From Tubulanus polymorphus (Eukaryota > Animalia > Nemertea), in assembly GCF_964204645.1 (NCBI RefSeq), contig NC_134027.1, positions 14,230,485-14,294,484 on the forward strand: DNA of 64,000 bases, read 5' to 3'. A program made the translations under genes and the position numbers. The notes beneath the pieces were generated by a model that searched no databases, was not told the DNA's origin, and worked only from the letters and a program-made list of their open reading frames with translations. This document shows, piece by piece, positions 13,642-24,568 of the stretch (positions within the stretch are counted from its first letter, which is position 1; each line of letters starts with the position of its first letter).

Positions 13642-15074
13642 AATGGGAGACATGGGAAATAATAATGAAGGATATATTGATGATGATTATAATGATGCAG
13701 AAACTAATATTGATGATGGTACTGAATCAGCATATAATTCTAATTTAGCAGATAGTGGTTCTAAGGCCCCATCAACAGAGGATTATATTAGAAGAACTAG
13801 ATCGAGAATAAATCCTGAAAATGAAAATCAAGGTTTATCAAGACAAGATTTAGAAAATAATGAATTTATATATAATTTCCAACCTGTATTTGAAAGGTCT
13901 GGGTATAATATAAATGATAGAGGCGCCAGACTTTTAGTAGAAAATTTAAAACTTTTTAAAGGTAAATATTATTATCATTTGGATGGTGATTATTATATTG
14001 ATATCACTAATCAAAGGACAAGACTAACTAAAATATCAGCGGAATCAACTTTGAAAAATTTAGAAACATTTAGAATTAAGAGAATAAGTAATAGTAATGA
14101 AATAACTGATGTTACACAAAAAGAAAGAGATGATAATATGCCAGAATTGAGTCAAAGAATTGATGACTTATTAAAAATAATCAATAAAAATTCAGAAACA
14201 GAAACAACTTCTGAACAGAATAAAACTTCCAAAACTAGTAAACTTAAATCAAACGAAGTTCAAACTGAAAAACTTTTACCGAATGGATTACTTGATGCAA
14301 CAGATCAAGAAATAGAAGCTTTAAGTATGTTTTCTAAAAAAAACAATTAGAGAAATAATAAGTATACGAAATGAAGCCGATAAAATTGCGCGCGAAAAAA
14401 ATATTAGATATAATAAAATTAAACCTTTAGAAAATAGATTATTTGACACCAGAAAAGAATTAGAACAATTAAAATTAGATAGAGAATTTAAAGTTATTGA
14501 AGAAATTGAATTTAAAAAAAGAAATGCATATTTAGAAAAAGAAATTGATGATTTAGAATATAACATAGAATTTCAGAAAGAAAAAATGGAATTATTATTA
14601 AAATCATATGATTATTGTATTAATAGATTAAAAGTTGTTGTTAAAGAGTTAATACTAAAACCAAATTCTGACATATCACTAAAAGATAGAATAAAATTAT
14701 TATTTAAGTTTGAAGGAATAACAATTCTTTCAATTCTAACAGCTGTAACTATGTTATTTACAACAATCGGTTTAGCTATATCAAATGCTTTAAAATCTAC
14801 TCCTACTCCCAATAAACCGGATAAACCCCCGAATGATAATAATTCTATACAAGATAAAGTTAAGGATGGTTTAAAGAAATTAGCAAAATATTTATGGGAA
14901 CTATCTAAAAAATCTGCTGCAGCTTTACCAGGAATTATTGCATCAATTGTTGGTTTTATATTGAAATCTGCAGGGAATATTATTAACTTTGCTGCTGAAC
15001 ATATTATTTTATTTTTAATTACAGTTGTAAGTGCTATTAATTTTGGATTAGTAAACATGATAAAAAATAAATAA
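13616..15074 (+). pseudogene. Acidic N-terminus/coiled-coil/C-terminal membrane protein, frameshifted in A-run near 14340
   Basis: ORFs 13616-14350 and 14586-15074 are linked by an open coiled-coil-like frame; C-terminal hydrophobic helices. Confidence 0.6.
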
Positions 15075-15094
15075 TTAATTTTTTTGTTAAATAA

Positions 15095-16342
15095 ATGAGT
15101 GGGAGTTATATCAATCCTTCTAAGAATCATAGAATATCTAATGCTATTAAAGCAGACAGATCACATCATATAATTACTCATAACCCTTCTAATATTAATC
15201 CCGATGAAACTTTATATGTTAGAATTCCTCGATTAACACAAAATACTTTTTATGTTCCAAATAGTATTTATTTATCAGCCGATATAAAAGTAATCGGTAA
15301 TAATAATAATTATATTGTTGATAATGTTGGAAGATATTTGATTAAAAAATTAACTATAAAGATTGGTCCAGAAACAGTTTTCTCATTAGATGATTATAAT
15401 TTATTTATGCATTATAAAGATGTATGGTTAACTAAAGAAAATAGAAATAATATGATTTTTCAAGGCATCCAATCAGAAAACCAAAATAAATTAAGATCAG
15501 AAGCTAATAGCGCAATATTAACTAATGCTGTAGATAAATTGATAAAAAGTATATATGGAAGCAAATATAAAATTCCATTAGACTTTGAATTGATGAATAA
15601 CAATGCACCTTTATATAAATACGCAATTCAAGAAGACGTTATATTCGAAATAACATTTGCTCCTGTAAATGAAATTGTATTATCTAGCGTTAATAAAGAT
15701 ATGGGTTATAAATTATCGAATATATGTTTAGAATATGATACAGTTACTGATGAAAATATTTCAAGTATAATTCAAACTCAATATAATCAAGGATTTTCAT
15801 TATTATATGATTATATTGATAAATTTAAAACTGTAACTATTAATGCAAATGATGAAATTATTAATGAGAATATTAACTTCCCAAGAAGATCTATTAAAGG
15901 TATATTAATATTTTTTACTATTGCAACATATACTAATGGCGCAATAAATGTTGATAATTATTATAATCCTGAAATAACAAAAGTAGAAATAACTATCGAA
16001 GGAATAGCAAATAAAATATTTTGTCAAGGAATGAGAATGATTGATCAATGGCCAGAAATTAGAAAACATTTTATGAATGAAAAAGTGAAATCATCTGAAA
16101 ATTGTAATATTAATCAAATTGATTATTATACCGGTAATAAATATGCATTATGGTTAGATTTTAGAACAACAGAGGATAATTCATTACATGGTTCTGGAAA
16201 AAAATTACAGAACACTAAAGATGGAATACAATTATTCATGACAAAGAATAAAGGAATCAAAAATTTCAAAATGCACATTTATATTATATCTGACGGGCAA
16301 TTAAATATTGTAAATTCTCAATTAAATAGTGTTATGTATTAA
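15095..16342 (+). CDS. Major capsid protein (double jelly-roll), intact ORF
   Basis: 415 aa beta-rich ORF (HNPSNINPDETLYVRIP, NVGRYLIKKLTIKIG, YKIPLDF, LSNICLEYD, PRRSIKGILIFF, YYNPEITKVEITIEG, ALWLDFR); size and position fit a Polinton-like MCP. Confidence 0.8.
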   Translation: MSGSYINPSKNHRISNAIKADRSHHIITHNPSNINPDETLYVRIPRLTQNTFYVPNSIYLSADIKVIGNNNNYIVDNVGRYLIKKLTIKIGPETVFSLDDYNLFMHYKDVWLTKENRNNMIFQGIQSENQNKLRSEANSAILTNAVDKLIKSIYGSKYKIPLDFELMNNNAPLYKYAIQEDVIFEITFAPVNEIVLSSVNKDMGYKLSNICLEYDTVTDENISSIIQTQYNQGFSLLYDYIDKFKTVTINANDEIINENINFPRRSIKGILIFFTIATYTNGAINVDNYYNPEITKVEITIEGIANKIFCQGMRMIDQWPEIRKHFMNEKVKSSENCNINQIDYYTGNKYALWLDFRTTEDNSLHGSGKKLQNTKDGIQLFMTKNKGIKNFKMHIYIISDGQLNIVNSQLNSVMY

Positions 16343-16378
16343 AATTTTTACTTTAATAAAAATATATATATATAATAA

Positions 16379-16954
16379 ATGGAAGGAGGTAAAGTACATA
16401 AACATATTCCATACACCGATACACATGAAAATAATGATGGTTTATATTATGTAATACCTTGTAATATAGCTTTGATATTTGATCCTATTTTCAAAATTTA
16501 TAAAACTAAACTAATAGAAATCGATAATAATAAAAGTGGTGTTGTTGATAATTTAAGTAATGTAATTGATAATAATGTAATACCTTCTACATCTAATAAT
16601 GTAATACCTACTACATCTAATAATGTAATACCTTCTACATCTATTAATGTAATACCTTCTACATCTAATAATGCAATAATATTAAATGTTAGTGAAAATA
16701 GAAATTATTGTGATTATTGTAAAGGTGAATTTTCAAACGCTCCATCAAATTGGAATAATCATATGAATACAAATTCACATATTACTAATGTTATAAAACG
16801 TGTTGGTTTAAGAGAATTTATAGAACACCCATTTAGATATGTTACAAAGTTTGTTTCAAATCAAAAAGTAAATGGTAAAGAATTATATGAAGATTTATTA
16901 TTAGCAACACCTAATAAAGATGAATTAGATATAACCGATGCTAATGAAATATAA
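16379..16954 (+). CDS. Hypothetical protein with (NNVIPSTS)n repeat and C2H2-like finger
   Basis: 24-bp tandem repeat at ~16570-16670; CDYC...HMNTNSH motif. Confidence 0.55.
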   Translation: MEGGKVHKHIPYTDTHENNDGLYYVIPCNIALIFDPIFKIYKTKLIEIDNNKSGVVDNLSNVIDNNVIPSTSNNVIPTTSNNVIPSTSINVIPSTSNNAIILNVSENRNYCDYCKGEFSNAPSNWNNHMNTNSHITNVIKRVGLREFIEHPFRYVTKFVSNQKVNGKELYEDLLLATPNKDELDITDANEI

Positions 16955-17619
16955 GGACCAAACACTGTAAATGAAATATTAGGAGCAAACACTAATAAAG
17001 ATAATAATGAAAATACAGGAAAGCGCATTGATAATAAAGATTATATGAAACTTAAATCAGAAGATAAAGATATAGTTGATATGACTAATAAGTATATCAA
17101 TAAACCAATTATTTATGAAGATACGGTAAAAAGGGTGAAGAATAAGTACAAAAATAATAAAGAATTTGAAGAAGAAAATTCGGTAGAGAATTTGAATAGA
17201 TTGTTAGGGTCTGATGATGAATTGGAGAGTGATGATGAAAGTGATTCAGAAAGTGATTATCTAACACTCAAAAAGTAATAAACGTTGAAAATTGTATAAA
17301 ATAATAGTAAATAAAAAAGGGGGGTTTAAGTATTAAGGTATCTAATACGTATCTAATACGTATCTAATACGTATTTAATACGTATTATTTGAAAATACCT
17401 TAAATTATATTTTTTTTAAATTTATATTAGAAACCTCAGTAATAATAAATAACCTTTATTATTTTCAAACTTATTCATATATTAGTTGAAAAAAATAAAA
17501 ATAAATTGGTTGAAAATTGTATGAATTATATTTATTTTAAAAAAGGGGGTTTTAAGTATTAATGTATTTAATACGTGTTTAATACGTATTTAATACGTAT
17601 TAGATAGATATATAAATAG

Positions 17620-18228
17620 TTATTTTATAAATTTATATTCATATGGAAATTGTAATCTCAGTAATAATTTTGAACCTTCATTATTCTTTAATTTATTCAT
17701 ATATTCATCATGTAATTCAGTAGGTATAATTTGATTTTCTTCCAATGATTGTTGCATAGATTTTTTATCTTTGTTATAAAATAAAACTAGAAATCTTATA
17801 TTCTCCCTAAAGTCTTTAACAATTGAATTATATTTTTGATTTTAAACCCATGTTATCCCAAAATGTCTCCCAGAGAAAGCTAGATAACATAACTCACTTT
17901 CTCTAACTTTTGAATCATGTAAATTTGCGCAATCATCTATAATGAATAATGTATTTGATCCTTTATAAGTATCAATTGCTATTTTAATACAATTATCTAA
18001 ATTTTCTTTTACTGTTTTAGGATTTAATATAATAAACTTTTTTATCTTAACTATGTCTCTATTATATGTTTTATTCATTTCATAAGTAGGACAAAATAAT
18101 ATTATATTATCAAAATAATTCTTATAAATAGTTTCTAACAAATCTAATATGAAATGTGTTTTACCACAGTTTGTTACACCAGTAACTAACATATTATGCG
18201 GTTCACATATAAATAAATCTTTATTCGT
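17620..18228 (-). pseudogene. A32/FtsK-like DNA packaging ATPase
   Basis: Walker A GVTNCGKT, Walker B FIIDD, SGRH motif; in-frame TAA at 17842 then NQKYNSIVKDFREN; probable start mutated ATG>ACG at 18228. Confidence 0.9.
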
Positions 18229-19333
18229 TTATTCTTTTAATTTTACTAGATAAAATCCATTCATTAAATTTATCACCATGTCCTTTATATTTCACCAAAG
18301 AATACTTTTTTCCTTTAAGAGTTTTTGTTTTCAATACTTTTTCTATTTTGTATTCTATTTCATCTGGATTTGGTACAAGTGATAATTCTTGTTCATAGAA
18401 ATAACCTAATATTTCTTCATCTTTTAAATCTTCTAATTTATAAACAAATGGTTTAGTTAATATTATCTTTTTAATCTTGAATATTTCTTCAGTAAAATTT
18501 GGAGTATAACCTTTATAAAATGTTTTTCTATATTTAGATATTCTAACATGTTGTCCAATTTTAAATTTTGGTTCTCCGAAATCAGGTGTAACAAACACAC
18601 CATACAAATTATTCCAAACTATTTCTGAATTATCTTCTTTTCTAGCTTGTATAGGTTTCATATTTATAGAACTATGTTTAGAATTATTATAACCTTTCAC
18701 TAAATCATCTAACACATCGATATATTTATATGTTTCATTAGCAGTAAAATATTTCCACATTCTAGTTTTCAATGTTTTATTAAACCTTTCTATAATAGAT
18801 GCTTTTTTATCTGAGTGTGTTGAAAAATATTTTACATCGTTATCAGATAATAGTTTTTAAAAATGTTTGTTATAAAATTCCTTACCTTCATCAAATTGTA
18901 TCTTATCTGGAATAGCTTCTTTAAATATAGATTTAAAAGCATTTGTCACTTCTATTCCAGTTTTATTTTTGATTGGAATTGACCATGCGTATCTACTGAA
19001 TATGTCTATAACATTCAGTATCCAGAAATATCCTTTGTTGTATTCCTCTAAGTTCTTCATGTCAATTAAATCTGCTTGCCATTGTTGATCGATATATGAA
19101 ACCATAACTTTTCTTGTTAAATAAGTTTTATCCATTTTCCTGTGGATTTGATATGTTGGTTGATTTTGTAACCATGATTTCAATTCACTATATTTTATAT
19201 CACCGTGTGGGTGCCGTACGGCACCATTTTCATTATCAGATTTAATTATATTCCATAATTCTGAAACGTTAGAATATGATACTTCACTTTCTGGGTTATA
19301 ATATAAATCTCTTAAATATTGTTCTTTTTTCAT
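18221..19333 (-). pseudogene. Retroviral-like (rve) integrase with C-terminal chromodomain
   Basis: WQADL, IDIFSRYAW, QFDEGKEF, IIERFNKTLK (DDE); chromodomain YKIEKVL...LVKYKGHGDKFNEWI; single in-frame TAA at 18857. Confidence 0.93.
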
Positions 19334-19339
19334 CTTCTT

Positions 19340-19708
19340 TTAATCCATTAATAATAATCTTGGGTTATTTTCAATGGTTTTAGGATTTGACTTATTTTCT
19401 GGTATGATAGGTTTATTGTCATTGGAATCATATTTATCATCAGATTTGAATTTTGATTTATATATTACACCAGATAATATAATAACTGTTACTAATCCAA
19501 TTGTAATATATAATTTATAATTACTTCCAGCATTAGAAGAATTAGATGGATTATTATTTGAATCAATATAAGATAAAGTCTGTGATTCATTTATATCAGT
19601 TAATTTCTTTTTCTTAGCTTTTTTTAATTCTGAAGATCTTTTACCTAATTCTCTTGCCCATTTGATTTGTTTCTTGGATCTAGCCTTTTTCTTAACGCTA
19701 TCACTCAT
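19340..19708 (-). CDS. Basic N-terminus plus single-TM Polinton protein
   Basis: 122 aa intact ORF, TAAATG start overlapping the upstream stop. Confidence 0.6.
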   Translation of the reverse strand: MSDSVKKKARSKKQIKWARELGKRSSELKKAKKKKLTDINESQTLSYIDSNNNPSNSSNAGSNYKLYITIGLVTVIILSGVIYKSKFKSDDKYDSNDNKPIIPENKSNPKTIENNPRLLLMD

Positions 19709-20303
19709 TTATTTTAGTTAATTTTTGTTCTGAATCATTTTCTGTTTCGACGTTTGGTTGTAGTACATCTGTTTCATTCTTACCTGAATTATATTCCATA
19801 GGCTTGATGTTCGAAAATGTTATGACGCCAGTAGAAATTAATGTCATAACCGATCCTAATTGAAATGAAGCATAACCAACCCATTTTTGTAATTCAGTCA
19901 TAACTAAATAGTCATTTTTCGAATCACTATATAATTTATTTTCATCATCAATTGGTATTAACTGGTTACATAACTTAGAATAACATTTGACAATACCATC
20001 TGAAATAGAATCATTTATTCGGGCTAATCTTGCCTCTTCATAAATCTTAAAATATTTTATTACTTTATCTGGTTTCATAGCATCTAGTTCTTGATAAGTT
20101 AAAATTTTTCCCAAGAAACCCTTAGATTTCCCGCCAGCAATTAATAATTGAAGATGATGCTTACAATATAAATAGTTTTCATAATCAATATTACAATTAA
20201 CTTGAGCACAATTAGTTACAACTGTATCTTTATTATCACTTATACCCAAATCATCTAATGTCTTTTCAATATCAATACTATTCTTACTCGATTTCTTTGA
20301 CAT
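19701..20303 (-). CDS. Polinton hypothetical helical protein
   Basis: 200 aa intact ORF with TAAATG start. Confidence 0.6.
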   Translation of the reverse strand: MSKKSSKNSIDIEKTLDDLGISDNKDTVVTNCAQVNCNIDYENYLYCKHHLQLLIAGGKSKGFLGKILTYQELDAMKPDKVIKYFKIYEEARLARINDSISDGIVKCYSKLCNQLIPIDDENKLYSDSKNDYLVMTELQKWVGYASFQLGSVMTLISTGVITFSNIKPMEYNSGKNETDVLQPNVETENDSEQKLTKINE

Positions 20304-20639
20304 TTATATTAGAGAAAAAAGCGAAAAAAAATATAAGTATTATAAAATGATACCAGTATCTCTTTAGATTAATACTAGCTTAGTTAAAGGTAAAGAATTT
20401 TAGTATTAGTTATTGTTTTTTTAGTATTTTTTATTTGTGATATAAAGTATTCTCTTTTGAAAAGAATTGTAAAAGAAAATATCAAAAATTAAAATAGAAA
20501 TAATGGCTAGCTGAAGTTATTGTTTTTTTAATATATTTTATTTGAATTCTATTTGATATCACCACGTGGGTGCTGTACGGCACCATCTCACTACTTTTGT
20601 TTATCTATTAGGAGCAGTAATTATAACTGTCCAGATAAG

Positions 20640-21110
20640 TTATTTCGGATCCTTGATATCAAATTCCTCAACATATTGTTCATTATTTGGATCATTGTTC
20701 CATTGATCAATAAATTTCTTTGCCTTTGTTAACTGTTCTAAATATAACTGTAAATCTAGTTTATTAGATTTGATTTGATTTTCTTTCTTTTCTAAAGGCC
20801 TTAAATTTTTCCAACCCCAAATAAGTTTTTTATTGTATTCAACATTCATGTTAAATTTAGATATTTGTAACACGTGATCAATATGGTAATAATCCCCATA
20901 ATTATCTTATTCATTTTATCATCGAATTGAAATATAATCCATGATTTGAGAAATTCATCTGAACAACCCAATAGATTAGATAGTGTTTCTGAATGTGTTT
21001 CTTTGTTGAATAATTGTGTTAATCTAGATCTTAAGCATTGTTTCAATCTAAAATTAAGATCTGTTTCATATCTTTCTCTCATATATTCTGTCACATAATC
21101 ATTATAAGCT
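20640..21110 (-). pseudogene. HNH-type endonuclease resembling those of large DNA viruses, frameshifted and 5'-truncated
   Basis: Joined reading: DLNFRLKQCLRSRL...LLGCSDEFLKSWIIFQFDDKM / NYGDYYHIDHVLQISKF...WKNLRPLEKKENQIKSNK. Confidence 0.7.
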
Positions 21111-21149
21111 TCTCTATTATCTTCTCGATATTGTTACAATACCCGCGTC

Positions 21150-21485
21150 AGATGCGGACATACAGGCGCGCTTTTGCTTAATGCACATGTGTTAATCATA
21201 ATTATATATTCATTCTATAAATTCTGAAAAATAGAAACAACACATGCGTTACATGCGTCACATGCGGCCATTTATGGCCGGTTTTGCTTAATGCGCATGC
21301 GTTAATCATAATTATATATTCATTATGCAAATTCTGTAAAATAGAAACAACTGAACATAGAAAATTCAAACGCATTCATGTCCTCGTCACATGCGTTACA
21401 TGCGTCACATGCGGCCATTTATGTCCGGTTTTGCTTAATGCGCATGCGTTAATCATAATAGAAACGACTGAACATAAAAATTCAC
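21150..21485. repeat. Three degenerate direct repeats (~110-150 bp) inside Polinton
   Basis: Core CATGCGTCACATGCGGCCATTTATG.CCGGTTTTGCTTAATGCGCATGCGTTAATCATAAT repeated. Confidence 0.85.
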
Positions 21486-22196
21486 CATTCAGATTTACAC
21501 AATACATTATACAAGTTGTTCAGTCGTTTCTTCCAATACATCATTTGATTTCTATAAATACAATTTATAATTACAAACATTTTTTCAATTGCTGGTAAAT
21601 ATTTAACTACATCATCAAATGTTAAACTTAATCATTGGAGTCCTAACGTTTTTGAAATTCTTATATAGTTTCTTCGTCGATCTTTTGGTGATTCTTGTGT
21701 TTCTTGTGCTAATTTCTATTGGTTCGATATCCATTGCTGTTGATTCCTCAGTCAGAAAGAGTATCTTGAGTTTCTCTATCACTTCTTGATGCGTATGGCG
21801 TTTTATTAATCTAAAAGATATTAGCGGCAACTCTAGCCATCTACAAGATATACTAAATACACTTAAATATATCTAAAGGTTTCATATTTAATAGCCCTAA
21901 TAACTACAAAAAACAGTACTTACATTTAGATTTAGAATTGTAAACTATAAACTCCTAATTTCGTTTCGAGAGATAGAATATCCTGAGCGTAATGTTACAG
22001 CGCCTGTTCATTTCCTGCCACGTCATCTGGTTCCGGCACACCTTTCTAGAATTTTCTCTACACGTTTGCATATGTCTCATATGTCTCGGCGTCATAGTAA
22101 CAGCTGTAACAGCTGTGAATTTATAGATTTATTCCATAGCTCTCTACATGGAATGTATATAGGCTCAAATAGAATCATGTTCTAGTATAAACAGCT

Positions 22197-22758
22197 ATGT
22201 ATTATTTCAATCACACTTTACTAACACTTTTAATGTTTAAAAATCTAACTCACACAAATATGAATATTGAAATAATGTTGTAAATATATACTTTTATATT
22301 GAATAATCTGTCAATTTAAATGATATTCATTTACATGAATATTTTAAGAGTAATAGGGGTAATGGGCTTTCAGGTTAAAGGTTGAATGGTCGAGTTCATT
22401 AAAAACAAATATTAAAAGTAATTTAAAACTATAATATATTTTCATAACCGTGTGTATTTCAGTTGAATAATAGACTAATTATTATTATTAAAATATATTT
22501 GATTATATGAATTTGTGTATTGTAAATAAATCAATTGGTCGCGGAGCGGAGCGGTTGCGAAGTGGAGCGACCAATTGATTTAATACAATATGCTTTTAAA
22601 ATTTAAATTATTGATATCTTAGAATAAATATTTAGTTATAATATAAAATGCACACGGTTATGAAAATATATTATAGTTTTAAATTACTTTTAATGTTTTG
22701 TTTTTTAATGCGCTCGACCGTTCGACCTTTGGCTTGAAAGCCTATTACCCCTATTACT
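22197..22758 (-). repeat. Right TIR of Polinton; last 410 bp (22349-22758) form an imperfect palindrome
   Basis: Reverse complement of 5357-5918; inner AGTAATAGGGG at 22349, outer CCCCTATTACT at 22758. Confidence 0.95.
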
Positions 22759-22805
22759 TACATGTGTCTATCACAGAAACATTCCTGCTGAATATTATTA
22801 TTATA

Positions 22806-23551
22806 AGGGTTTCTGCTGCCTTCGCAGAAACCCTATTGTATTCCTGATTATTATTATTATTATCATTATTATTATTATTATTATATTCTTTTTCACACTG
22901 GATCTTACTGAAAGGATATAAACAACTGTAATTTACTTTCACTGTCGGTGAAACCATTCTGTATCAAAAGTACTACGCTGCATTGACAAATACTGTATAT
23001 AATATTAATTAGAATTGCACTGTTTACTCACTGTGAGCCTCTAAACATCGAAATTTAAGCCCGATTCAAACAGTATCGATATGTATTGTATACATGTCTT
23101 ATTCCCATAGCGCTTACGTGTGTTTGTGTGTGTGTCCTTATATTGATAGAGCTGAGTTGTTCTAGATCTGTAGTAAACACAGTGATATTTTTATCTCCTC
23201 TAAGAGTCGATTGTTGAAGTAGGACATTGCTCGACTGAACGCAACTGAGGAATTTTTATGGCCTTGTTTGTGTCGAATACACATTAAGTAAGAGAGCATC
23301 ATATATAGCTTCGAATTCGGCAACACAAGATAGAGAGCATCATATATAGGCTTTAATACTTCGAATTCGGCTAGTAACAAGACTATTGAGTAACGGATTT
23401 ACTTGAAACTCGGTGTCATTTCCCCTAACCTTGGTACATTAGAACTTTTCGCGTAGTAGCCCATGTGGATCAATATAGCCATGTTATCAGCTGACCCCTA
23501 GATGGCGCTCCTTATCCAGCAGAAACCCGTTATCGCTGTTTTGCAGCTATA
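22806..23551 (+). mobile_element. Helentron-derived non-autonomous element (family A), short copy
   Basis: 5' hairpin AGGGTTTCTGC-TGCCTTC-GCAGAAACCCT, (ATT)n microsatellite, 3' GCAGAAACCC plus GCTG-TTTT-GCAGC hairpin. Confidence 0.75.
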
Positions 23552-24568
23552 CTATTATTATTATTATTATTATATTCTTTTTTACACTGGACGTATCGGC
23601 CCCACTCCGCGCGGTTGCGCCACCGGGGGGGATTTACGCGAAGCAGCAGAACACAAACACGGCCACTCTCTCAATTTTCAATGATAGAAATCGTGTGTGC
23701 ATTTCAATTATTTCGGCTGTTAGGGTTTTAAGGCATAATATAAGTTGATGATGTGATATGGCGATGTTAATAAATGATAATTCCGCAGTGAAGCTAGTCA
23801 CGAACTGTGCCGATTGAGTGTACAGCTGCCAAAAACACTGAAATGTGCGTAGTTGCGTAACTATTTGCAGTGAATTGCAGACGAAACATGAAGCCTTAAC
23901 GGCCGTTTAAAAAAAAATTATACCAATCGCAATTGTAAAATAAAAATGAGATAGAACCTAAGTTAAAATTCTGGCCATTTCTAAAATGTTATTAATTATT
24001 ATTACTAATTTTTAGTCAGTGCGGAACGTTTAGTTTTCCAACAATAATGAGGGGTGGTAGGTAGTCATGCAATTCAAGTCATCATTTATTACACGTTACT
24101 TCCGTGTTGTTGAAAATCTCGCGAGTCCTGGACTAAACCCCAATGAACAATGTGATCTGTGTGCTGGCCACAAATGCACACAGATCACACTACACTACCC
24201 ATTACACACTCCAGTACCCACAGCTTTCATATATCCATCCAAATATTTAGTGGCTTTCTTCCTGGATCTTACTGAAAGGATATAAACAACTGCAACTTGC
24301 TTTCACTGTAGGTGAAACCATTCTGTATCACAAGTACTACGCTGCATTGACAAATACTGTACGTAATATTAAATCAGAATTGCACTGTTTACTCACTGTG
24401 AGCCTCTAAACATCGAAATTTAAGCCCGATTCAAACAGTATCCATCTACGTATGTGTATTGCCTACGTGTCATTCCCACAGCGCCTCCTCAATACGTGTG
24501 TTTGTGTGTGTGTCCTTATATCGATAGAGCTGTGTTGTTCTAGATCTGTAGTAAACACGTAAGCAGTA

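Larger units (their letters stand above)
5357..22758. mobile_element. Full-length Polinton/Maverick-type endogenous dsDNA virus (decayed)
   Basis: 6-bp TSD TACATG (5351-5356, 22759-22764); ~560 bp TIRs with A(G/T)TAATAGGGG...CCCCTATTACT termini; encodes pPolB, rve integrase, A32-like ATPase, major and minor capsid proteins. Confidence 0.95.

Noticed and set aside
10820-15090. TTTTTNT poxvirus early terminators between Polinton genes
   Set aside because: T-runs are too common in this AT-rich DNA to claim separately; noted only as part of the TAAATG upstream motif.
14321-15130. Minus-strand ORFs of 81 and 172 aa
   Set aside because: Antisense shadows of the plus-strand Polinton gene; no motifs.
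21284-21830. ORFs 21284-21598 and 21615-21830
   Set aside because: The first is a translation of the direct repeats; the second is short with no recognisable motif or TAAATG start.
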